A stretch of DNA of 64,000 nt, from the NCBI RefSeq assembly GCF_000497125.1, contig NC_090602.1, positions 62,001-126,000 on the forward strand, written 5' to 3'. The notes under the pieces were generated by a model, which was not told the origin of the DNA, did no database searches, and was given only the letters and a program-made list of their open reading frames with translations. The translations under genes were made by a program, and so were the position numbers. Below are positions 13,344 to 25,324 of the stretch, in pieces (position 1 is the stretch's first letter; every line of letters begins with the position of its first letter). This DNA comes from Spironucleus salmonicida. Its lineage: Eukaryota.

Positions 13344-15488
13344 ATGAGATTTGTTAAAAAGGTATAAAAACCACTTATGATAATAACTTTGGTATCTATC
13401 TTAGCCTTAGCATTTTTCTGTAGACTTATGTCTAACATTAGATATGAAACAGTTATTCATGAATTTGATCCATATTTTTAATACAAGACAGCAATTTATC
13501 TTAATGATTATGGAAATGAAGAATTTTCTGACTGGATGGATGATAGAACTTGGTATCCATTATCTAGAGTTATTTTACCTACTATGTACCCCGGATTACA
13601 ATATACTGCTACATTTTTTGTCAAAGTTTGTCAATATGTTTTACATTTACCAATAACTATATTATAGGCATGTTCTTATATGGGTCCCGTTATGTCAGTT
13701 ATTGGAACTTTGTTTTCATTTGATTTTGGTTTGATGATTGATGACTCAGATGATTCTAAGTTTTTAACTGGTTTATTATCTGCCCTATTATTTTCTATTA
13801 TTCCAGGTTTTATTCAACGGTCTGTAGCTGGATCATATGATAATGAATCAAATTCTATTACAGCTATGGTAGCTGGCTTTGACCTTTGGCTTAGAGCTTG
13901 TGGTTGTGCGGATAAAAAATAAATTAATACAAGTATAAATACTATCTCTCCTATTTTAGCAGCTATAGCATTCTTTTATATGGGATTTTCTTGGGGTGGA
14001 TTTGCATTTATCTTATGTCTGGTACCATTACATGTTTTTGTTTGCTTCCTATCTGGAAGTTTAACTAAGCAGATTAAAGCAGCATTTATGATTTGGATGC
14101 CAGTGGGTTATACTTTGATGAATCTTGTTTGGAGAGAGTATGGGTTTGTGTTCAAATAGTCTATTGCTTTACCTGGTATTGGCGTATTCTTTTTGTTAGC
14201 TGGCTTGGAATTATTAGAAAACATTAATAAACTATTAACACCGACTTCCTAAATAGCTCTTAAAAAATATATTATTTTATTATTTTCTTCGTTGATAGTA
14301 TTAGCCCTACCTGTTTTTTATAAAGTCGGCCTTCTTTCTAAAATTACTGGTAGATTTTTGTCTTTTATATCACCAACGCATGCAAAATCCCATAATCCAT
14401 TGGTTGCATCGGTATCTGAGCATTAACCTACGATTTGGAGTAATTTTTATTTTAATACTTGGTTTTTACCAGTAGTTTTACCAATAGGATTCTATTTTGG
14501 TTTATTAGTAAAACCATCTACTGGAAGTGTATTCATGATTATTTATCTTACTACCACGACCTGGTTTTCAGCTGTAATGTCCAGAATGATTTTACTCGCA
14601 TCACCCGCTGCAGCTGCTTGTGGTGGATATGTTATCAGTAAAGTACTATAGGCTTTAACATCTATTAAAGTTAAAAATTCGTAGGCTGAATAGAAGAAAT
14701 ATGATTATATGTCATCAAAAATGAAACTTATAATACTCTCATCAGCAGTCGCCTTAATAAGTAGTTTTATATTTTCTTTTACTCAACACTCTCTTTGGTG
14801 TGCTAAATATGTGTATTCTTAACCCTCTATAGTAATATTAGGATCAGGATCGGTTGATGGGGAACCAACATATATAGACGATTTTCGTGAAGTTTATGCC
14901 TGGTTAGAGCATAATACACACAAAAATGCCCGTGTAGGATTTTGGTGGGATTATGGTTATTAAGTTAATTAGGTAGGAGATAAATAAATTTATGTTGATA
15001 ATATGACTAGATCTCCATATTGGATTGGCTTAATGGGCGCAATTTTATCCTCTCCAGAACCTATATCTTGGAGAATATGTAAGGATATTGGTGTTGATTA
15101 TATGTTAGTTTTATCTGGTGCAGCAAGTGGATATAATGGTGATGATATTGGTAAATTTATGTGGCCTATTAGAATTTCTGGAAATAATCATTTTGAGCTT
15201 AGACAAGGTTATGAATACTTTAGATCTATAAAAGAAAGAAGTTATTATAATGAAGATCACGAGTACAGAGTAGATTAACGTGCATCTCATGCCATGAAAA
15301 ATTCTATGATGTATAAATTTATTTATCATAAATTAGATGAATAGTTTGGTTAAGATGCAAAGGATATGGTTAGAAATAGCACTATAGATATGAAATATGC
15401 TAATAAAATGGACCTTTTCTAAGAAGTTTACAGTAGCGAACGTTTAATTGTTAGAGTATATAAGGTTAAAGATGCTACAAATTTCTGA
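13344..15488 (+). CDS. STT3: Oligosaccharyltransferase catalytic subunit
   Basis: [41 protein letters not shown]; multiple TM segments. Confidence 0.95.
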
Positions 15489-16097
15489 TTCATTTTTGCT
15501 ATTTTATTACATATTATACTAGATTAATCGAATTTTTTACAATCCAGTCTAATATTCTAATTATTAACATTTTAATAAGCTGTAAAAAGCAAAAACTTAG
15601 TAATCTATATACTTGATTATATTATTATGCTTACTAGATTTAATGTGATAACCTAAATACATGAAAATATTTTATGTAAAATTCCGTATTATTATTCTGT
15701 TTGTTTTATATCTTTTTCTAAAAACTTGTATCAAAATTAATAGTAATTTATAACCCTATACTATTGTTATATTAAACATGTCAATACATATCATAATCTT
15801 AAAGATTAAGGAATAATATATAATTAGATCACTATTAGTATTAATTATTAAAAGTAATAGTAAGATTAATGTTACAGTTAATAATTATACTTGCTAACTT
15901 AGTGAATAAATATACATAGATGATAAAATAATATAAATTAATTTGCCTTTTTCTAGTTGAAATATTACTCAATTTATTTGAATATTTGCTATTATTTGAG
16001 TTGTCTCAATATTAATTAAATTTGTTCTATATTTAAAAATGACTGTCACCAATTAATATAGTAGTAAGTAGCATAAAGTAAAAGTATACTTGATACT

Positions 16098-16175
16098 TCT
16101 TCTGTTTCAAAAGGTCAAGTCATGTTTCTAGCCGCGTTGCGATCATAAAATTTCTTTCCATTTTGAAACAGAAGA
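16098..16175. repeat. Perfect 15-bp inverted repeat with 48-nt spacer (hairpin)
   Basis: TCTTCTGTTTCAAAA (16098-16112) is the exact reverse complement of TTTTGAAACAGAAGA (16161-16175). Confidence 0.9.
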
Positions 16176-16724
16176 TTATATAAAGAAACTTTAGGTGCGT
16201 ATTATTTATCACTCCACTTAATATAAAATATGAATATTTTTAATAGACATAAGCTAGATTTTTAAATTATTCAGGAAATTTATTTTAATAAGTATAAAGT
16301 ATAGAATTATAATGGTTTAATAAAAACTATAAGAAAATCTTATTATTGTTAAGTATTAAAATAAATTTATAGGAGAAATAGTTATTTTTTATTCTGCTAA
16401 CTAATGAATGCAGCGAAAATATTAAAATTGCATCCAAACGAAGTTATTCAGTAGAACTATAAATGTTATTATAGATTAATAAATAAATAACTTATTTTTT
16501 TATTTATAAGGGATTATTATAGCATAATTTTTGTTAAAGTAAGTAGCTCCGACAATGTATTTTTATTATAAAAGATATCTCATAAAATGTATCTTATAAT
16601 GATTAGAAAAGTGGATAAATTATAATATATATTATTGTTTCATATCATGAACGTTTACAAAAACCAGAGGATAAGATATAAAATAAATACTAATAAAATA
16701 TAAGTATACTAACGAATTAATTTT

Positions 16725-17522
16725 TCATTCTTGAAGTAAACCGATTTGTGATAAACTATTTTTCATATTCTTGACTATATCTTAAATAGTAGTAGCTGCT
16801 AATGTTTCCCCTAATATTCTATCTTCTTTTTCTTAAGTATTATCACGTATTATTTGATTTAAAATGTCTAATACAGATCCATACTTTTTCATAATACTAC
16901 CCTGTACTAATTTTGCAGAAGCAATAAGATCTTCGCGGGCATACGTATGAGATTACACTTTTCGTTCATGTTCAGAGTCTAGTGTATTTTATGATTTCAA
17001 TAGTTAATCTTCTATTGATTATTATAATTTCTAATATATTTTTACTTATTCTACTCTTTCATCATTTATTTATTTTTGAAGTCTATCGGAAGAAATAATA
17101 AACTCAGATTTCATAGAATTTAACGCTAGTTCTCTATCTATAATGAGTTAATTAACACCATTCTCTAATATACATAATTATTCTTCATATTCTTTAATAG
17201 TTAAATTAAAAGTATTGGATAATTCTGACAATGAATTTTCCATTGTATCACGAGTATTTTCGATTTAATTTGATAAATCATCGTTCAAAGGGTCAATTTC
17301 TGATCTTAAATTCTCTTATTCTGTTGTAACTAATCTAATTAGTTCATTAATACCATCATTAATTAGTTTTGCTTTTGACTAATCTACTTAACGTTTTTCG
17401 TTTAGAGTACAAGTCATATCATTTTAAAAATCTTTCTATACTAATTGAATTGTTTGTAGATTCTATGGTAATGTTTTTCCAAGTGTGTTTGAGCATGGCA
17501 AGGATTATGTTTTCTAGAACAT
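16725..17522 (-). CDS. SF-assemblin / beta-giardin family coiled-coil protein
   Basis: 265 aa: short Pro-containing head, long coiled coil, C-terminal ...IVKNMKNSLSQIGLLQE resembling the family. Confidence 0.6.
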
Positions 17523-17587
17523 TTTTGCAATAATATGTTAGGTATATAATATCTTAAATAACGAATTTAAATCTTTCCTTTTTGTAA

Positions 17588-20500
17588 ATGAGCTTTGGAA
17601 ATACTTTTACTTTTGGACAATAAGCACACATACCAATATAGTAACCTGTATCCGTTATTAGTAATGATGATATTGTAAAAACATATGTTGTTCATAATGC
17701 TCTATTTCCTTCTAGCTATATTGGATATCCTTATACTCCGTTTGTTGCAGATTGGAAAACAGATAACACTGAATTTATAACAGGATTTTCTAAAATATCA
17801 TAACAATAGTTTGTAGGGTAGGCATTTCCTGATCTTACACATCCTGGAAATTAATAGTACCCTAATAAGGCAGATATGAATCAAGCCTCATCTATAATAG
17901 ATTAGCCAACCTTTATGCCTGAAAAAGATTTTGATTTCAGTTTAACAAATATGTATAGAATTATATAACCATTATTGTTTAACATAGCTTAGAGATACGT
18001 ATTAAATTAACCTTTTATTCGCAATCATTTTACTCCATTTTTTTCATCAACAAACCTAAAATAGGTCAAAGTATCAGAAATGGCAATCTGCAATTTATTG
18101 TGCCATTCATTTTTTACATATTTAACCCATCATGATGAAGCTTAGTCTTTATTGTATTATTCCTCTAGTTAAAATGAAGAACTATTAAATATTATGAACA
18201 ATTTTTTAGAAGATGCTATCAACAATCCTGAGATTTTAGCTTATTATCCTAATACTTTAACGTTGGAAAAAAGACGAGGTGATATGGATAAAAAGATTTT
18301 CATCATTCCGAAGCCTGAAAAAGCTATGCTTTAAACAGCATAGCTTAGAGGATATTTATTTTCAAAGTTATTTAAGGCCAATATTAATAGATAGTAAGGA
18401 AATTTAACTGACTCCAGATAATAATTAATAGATTTATTACCGCTATCCTATTCTTCTTCTGGATAAACCTTACCAAGCATCCCTTTGGTTTACCCAGAAT
18501 AATAAAGAGACTTAACTACTTTATACGACTTTTCTGATGTAAAAATTTCGTTGATCATAACTTTATTTGCATTAGGATCAGGAACAGAAATAGAGTCTTT
18601 TATTGAATCAGGGTATTATACTCCCTAAATTATTTAAACATATTTGGGCTGCAATTATTGTAGATCAGGTATTCTTTACGATTCAGAATACAAAGTTCCA
18701 GACTTCACTAAATTTACATCAAAAAAGGAGAATTAACCGCTTACTTAAGATGTTCTAGCTGCAATTTATCATATTAATGAAAATTTGTGCATTAAGTGTC
18801 CTTATATTTGCTGTTAGCCGAAACGTGATTTTCCAAAATAGGATAATATTTATTTCTTCGAGTAGAAAAATTACTCAGATTTCCGTTCTATTTACTAACG
18901 TGAATTTAGGGATAAATTTGATTTTTATGAGCAAGCTGGAGAAAGTGCAGAATTATAAACTGTACCTGCTGACGTCGTAGTAAATAAGAATTTAGAACAA
19001 GTTCCAGAGTGCTGTAAATAGCACATTTAAGAAGTATATACTAATTTTTCATCATAAATATTAATTGACTAAAATGTGGTCAAAAACGATCTATTTAAAA
19101 ATTATTAGCTGCCTAATTTGTAGCTCAGAAAAGATGACGCAAAGAGCATATTATAAGTTTAAAGAGAAAATATTTATCAACATACTTAATTGTAAGGGGT
19201 AGAAGATATGAAATTTCGAGAATCATAAATCGAGGCAACATAAAATTTTAGTCAGTGTCTATAAATTCCAAAATTTAATGTAAATAAATCAATAAGTTAT
19301 GATTCATTTGACAGTTTCGCATAAAATTCCAGTTTGTTAAAGTAGTTTAATACCAATCCGTTCAATATGACTAAAGATTTCGAATTTGTACTAAGTGCCA
19401 TACATTATTTTTAGTAATATAATTCTAAATAGTCTATTTCAAAGTTATTATTTTATGGAAATCTATATTCTTAGGATACACACTCAGTTAATATTGCATT
19501 TAAAAATTAGCAAAAACCTGTTACGCTAGCAATTAATGAAGGTGGAAATTTTACATAAAATTTATCCAGAACTATAGTTAATTATTCATATCTGTTATTA
19601 TAATTAAACAAAAGAATTATTTGGGCTAATCGATTATCAAAATTTCTAAATAAGTCCAAACTTATTTCTAATTGCTATTGCTGTTAAGGATAATAACAAA
19701 TTCCATATTATTTTGGGGCAAAATCATTATCTACTTGTTCTAAATTGTATCATAATTTTGATCATATATATTATTTCTTAATTGAGAATCCGCAACCAAA
19801 CTAAATATCTTTAAATTTGCTTTACTAGTGTTTCTAATTAAATAGTTTCATCCCTATTTATCTTACAAATTTACGTAGATTACCAGATATAGCAATAGTT
19901 AGATAACTTATTATTACTTTAAGTGTGGATGAGACTTAGTTTTAGCGAACTCCATAAAATGCACTATTATAATAGCAGCAGAAAGCAATCGATGCTATTA
20001 TTTATACATGCGATTGTGGTCATTTTTGGAGAAGTGATGAGCATTTAAAGTAAATTCTATGTAGATAACAGATTGGCATACTTAATGATACAAACGACTT
20101 TTATCTAAATAATAATATTTAATTGCCATCTGCCCTTTAATTTTTAAAATAAGGATTCTAAGATTTTGTAGAATTTGAATTAATAACCTTAATTAATACC
20201 CAAAATTTATTAAATACCTAATACTATAATAGGCTAAATTCATAGATCTAATCTAATGATAAAGACGAGAACAGTGAGCTATTAACTATTAGCTCTATGG
20301 CAAATAATCATTTATTCGTTCCATAAAGTTATATAAACCTATAGAATTTAAGTATGAGTAAGGCCAATATTTATAGTATGATGTATGAAAAGAAATTTCA
20401 ATTTGGTTATAAACTTTAAAAGGAGGATTTAACCACAATACTTAATTTAAATCATAGTTACATTAATGTATAAAGAAATCTGAGTCGTGTATTAGGTAGT

Positions 20501-23500
20501 TTATTGCAATAAAATAGTATGTTAGAGGTTAATTAGATAATTGCACATGTTTTTACCCTTTTAAATTAATAGTTTTAAGCCTAAACGATATCTACTTTTT
20601 CATAGTTATAATATTTTTCTCTTGAACTTTATAATATTGTTGTCTAATAAATTTAAAAACTAGTTCCATAAATTGAAAGATCATAAGAAATATAAAAACC
20701 AATTATAAAATCAAATAAGAAAAACAAGAAAGAAGAAAAAAAGAAGAAAGAGGTCAGTTAAATAGTAACCACATTAGATGCATATGTATTAACAGATAAA
20801 GATCCGATTTGGAGTCTTATGCTTCAAAATACTGGACTATCTATTTCTTTTGCACTTAACTAAGTTTTGCGTTAATAAGAGATATTACAAGAAAACCACT
20901 AATATGTAATTTAATAATAAGTGCAAGGAAAAAGTAATGTTAAAATTGCAGTGTAGTCATAAACTTACTTAACTTATTAGTTTTAAACATAGCTATTGCA
21001 TTATATACAATTGGTTCCTGAGTACTAAACCAATAGTTACTTCTAATCTCTCGTTGCATTAATTTCTTATCATGGGTTATCTAATTATTATGCTATATTA
21101 CTATCATTTATTTATTCACAGAAAGATTTCGCTACTCTGTGCAATTAGCACAATCTTCCGAAATTTGATTATCAACTAAATGAAAGATATACAGGCAATT
21201 CTTATATTCTAGAAGATAATATTCCATATGGATCATTTTGGACTACATTTTCTCTTAAGGCAACAAAACCAGCAATTTATTGTTCTATTCCTCCTAATGT
21301 CAATATCAATTATTTGTTTTTAACGAATTAGTTTGCAAAAATATAGAAAGATAAATAGAAGTTATTATTTGAAGATCTTGCTAAAATGACGATCCCACTT
21401 GAAGTTGGTAATTTAAATGGAATTAATGTTTTTTATTTATCAATTTTAAGTAATAATTCAGCATAATTATGGTTAGTTATTAATCATTATTAGTTTACTA
21501 TATCTGATTTATTATCTGGATTACTCTTTGCTTGCATGTCGGGAAATTAATTTATTATTAAAATATTAATAAATTATACCACAAAATAATTTTAAAATAA
21601 CAGTATCGAGCAGTAAGTTTAAATTTCTAATTAAGCTAGGAAAAAGTTCAATACATAAAATTAAGGTCACTAGCTTCCAGTTATTAAAATAGATTAGCAA
21701 GATGTTACAACATAAAAAGTAGTAGATATTCACTAAATTTTAACTGCATATTTCGTAGATAAATTAAATTTAATATATGAAAACTAGGAACCAATTTATT
21801 GGTCAAATAAAAGTTTTTAATAAAATTTTAACAAAGATAAGCCCGATTCTCATATTTATCGTTAAATTTATCCAATGAAAAATAACTTTTTGGTTGATAA
21901 AATTTTATAAGTTTTTCAAGATGTAAATGATATCATAGGAAATAGTTATATGTTTTAATTCTTTTATCTTTATTAGCTTTTTAATATAAATTCTAGATAT
22001 TGTATAAATAACTCTTGCCAAGTTTGCAAACTGCACAAATAAATACTAAAATCCTTTAATCAGTAATTTAAAGATAGTTTTGATATTAGTAATATTGATT
22101 AATGTGTAGTTAAAACGTCAATATAAAATGCATTGTCTACATAACTTAGTAATTTTTCGCATGCTAAGAAATCAATTGTGTAAAGTATAATTGCTAAAAA
22201 TATTACTCAGTCATTATCATCGTTAGCCTCTATCCCTAAATTTAATTTATATATAGTATTTAAAAGAGGGAAAACAATTAATTTAACTGAGATAAAGTTA
22301 CAAAATACACAAACTATTAAGCTTTAAACTCTTAATTTTATACCATTAACAACTCCTCTGACTTTAGCTGCTTAATTGTATTCTGAATCGTTAGAAGAAT
22401 TAATTACTATCTATAAAAAGGATTTAAATTAAGAAATTATTACTAGATCATACATTAATCATTAGGATGCATTAGGACTTACTGCACTAAACCATGCAAT
22501 GATAGTCTATTTATAATTTGCAGATAAAATGCTTAGCTACTAATGTGAAGTTGATGAAAACAGAAAAAATAACCCCCAAAAATAATTAATTTTAATTAAA
22601 GAGATGACTTAAATAAAAATGTAATACAAGTAAGCATTTACCAATCTCTAATTGCTAATTTAATTATAAGCGCATTCATTCATTTCAGATAAACTTGATA
22701 TCACGGCAAGAGATAGATTAGTAATTTTTATAGTAACTCATAAACTTTTATTACTATAGGATTATTAATTTTTGGAATGTTTCGGAACATCAGACTTTTA
22801 TTTAACTATGATTTACCATAATAATGATTTAATTATCAAATAATAATGTGAGTAGTTTTTGACATCCTAGGTTCCACTTAAGCGTGTAATTTAGTAGTAT
22901 TCAACCCTTCCTGATAACCGTCTTAAAAATAAATTAAACAAGATGTAAAGTATGTTTAGCTAAGGGTTAATCTTAAAAGACTTAAAGTTTGGTTTTGATT
23001 TATCAAAATATTAAAATATGATTACTGTAGAAACTGGTGATTTTGATTTTGCTAAATTAGTGTATGAAAATATAATATCATTGATTAAATAATTTTGTTA
23101 AGAAGACTATCCAGAGCATTTGATATAGTTCTGTGAAGATAAAAAATTATGTTACGATGACATTTATACATTTTAATGTAAAGAAGTGAAAGTTGGGTGT
23201 AAAGTAGAAAGTTTTAGTGTATTTGAAAAGAATTAGAGAGGAGAAGATTATAGACAAGAATAACGAAATGTGTTAAGTTAAAAAGTTGAGAATTATATGT
23301 TTAATATGGGAAATAATATGCGTATTGATGTTGACTTATAGACAATAAAGTTTGATGAATTTAAAGAAGATGTGAAGTATAAAATCTTAAAATAGCCTTT
23401 ATGTGAACTTTAATAAATGCATAGATTTAGTAATAGGGTTTGGAGGTTATTTAACCATAATGAAATAAAGTTAAATATAATGAGATCATCTGGGAAAATA

Positions 23501-23983
23501 TTGAATAATATATCCGTTTAACAACCTGCAAAGCTTATTTTAAACGAATAATTAACAACAGAAACTTCAGATGAGTCAGTACTATTTGAATATAGAAAGA
23601 ATTTATTAAGAGGATAAATTATATCATAGTGTATTAACAGAAGCGAAAATGTACGAATTTCAATAGTACACTAATCTGATTCTTTGGATATACAGGCCTG
23701 TATTCGGCTATCTTCTTTATTATAATTTGGATATTCATACTGTGGAATTAAATAAGAAAGAACAAATAAATTTAGAGGTGTTGAAATAATAAGCTAGCGA
23801 AGTAATAGATATAATCCTACAGTTATGTCAATATCCGCATCTTTAGGAATAAATGATAATGTTGGGAGAAGATATAGCGAACTTACACAACAATGCCCCA
23901 AATTAAGTGCTGATTAAAGATATTAGATTTTTGCTCCTGCTTAACAAAATGGATTTGTAAAAATTGATGAGACCAAATAGTGA
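17588..23983 (+). CDS. Very large hypothetical protein (~2130 aa) with several Cys clusters
   Basis: ATG and TGA (in AGTGA) share a frame; spot checks open; CxxC clusters (CNYC, CIKC..CC, CYCC, CQVC). Confidence 0.6.
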
Positions 23984-23990
23984 TAATTTT

Positions 23991-24593
23991 TCATTCTAAA
24001 AGTTATTTCAGTTATTCTATTACTGCATTATTTTCTTATTCAAGTGCTTCCTTTTCTTTTCCAAGCAAGTCCTTTTCTTATCGTCGATAGTATGTTTACT
24101 TCTTTTAGAAATTAATATTTGATGGTAATAAATCTTCCATCACGTATGCGGTAGTTCTGCCTAATGGTAGTGCTTTAAATTCGAAACGATGACGTTGTCC
24201 TATGACATCTTTTATTGAGGAAGCTTTATTAATGAAGTCTTATAACCCAACAAGCATACTTTATCGATCTTAATTGTGATTAGCACGAATAAATTTTTGT
24301 ACTGAATAAAAAGGTTTGTCTGTATTTTCTGTTATATCATGTAAATGTGGTTTTATGATTCTAAAAAATGCAGAATGATCATCATTTTAGAATACATAAA
24401 TCTTTAAATCAAACGGACATGAAATAAAATTTTTACAAGCAAATGTTTCTACATAGTGATTTACGTTATATGTTTTAGATCTCTTAATTCCTAATTTACA
24501 TCCAGTATAAAGTTCATGTGCAAATATATATAAATCTAAGTCAGACAAATTTATTCGATAACCTTTAGGTTAAAATAATATATTTTAAGTCAT
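23991..24593 (-). CDS. Putative DNA-binding protein with WRKY/GCM1-superfamily zinc finger
   Basis: CKNFISC-x23-HLH (C-x5-C-x23-H-x-H) at 24339-24437; basic then coiled-coil C-terminus. Confidence 0.6.
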
Positions 24594-24660
24594 TATGTTA
24601 CTCCAAAGTTTAGACTATAATATATGATTTAAGTGAATATTAATTTTTCTTTCCTAATTT

Positions 24661-25314
24661 ATGGCTAAGAAAAAGAAATCGCAAAATACTAATTAAACTA
24701 AGACGGCATCTAAAATTACAAAATATACTTGTCCATTTTGTCATAAACCTGGTGCTGCTAAAATATCACTGAAAAAATCTGATAATAAAAGATCAATGGA
24801 AGGTTTATGTGTTTGTACAGTTTGTGATGCAAAACATAGAGTACCTGAAATACGATTAATTGATACTGAAAAAAATGTATATGCTAGATGGGAATAATTT
24901 GCTAGAATGTTGAAAACAAGTCCCATTCGCTGCTGTGATGAGCTCACTGTATTATTTATTGAGAAATCTCCACATGGAACTATAGGTAGAGTTGAATGTG
25001 CATAATGTGAGCAACACATATTTCAACTTAGAGAGGGTGAATAAGAAACTAATTTTAGATATCGTATTTAGCGTGAATTAAATGGTTTAGAGGCTATTAA
25101 AGCTAAATCTAAGAACGAAACTAAGAAAAAGTCAAATAATAATAAATCAAAATCTAAAAAATAACAGGAATATAGTGAATCGTAAGGAGAATACTACGAA
25201 GATGAATTGGATCAAATATAAGAAAGTATTGGTGACGATGTTAACAAAGAATCAACTAGTGAAGAGCCATTATTCTAAAAGTAAATTTTAGATGATGATG
25301 AAGATGATATCTGA
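24661..25314 (+). CDS. ELF1: Transcription elongation factor Elf1-like with extension
   Basis: Basic N-terminus MAKKKK, YTCPFCHK...CTVC, NVYARW; acidic tail. Confidence 0.75.
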
Positions 25315-25324
25315 AAAATTTCAC

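Noticed and set aside
15490-16720. Possible CDSs in the AT-rich gap after STT3
   Set aside because: Only short ORFs with no coherent protein character were found.
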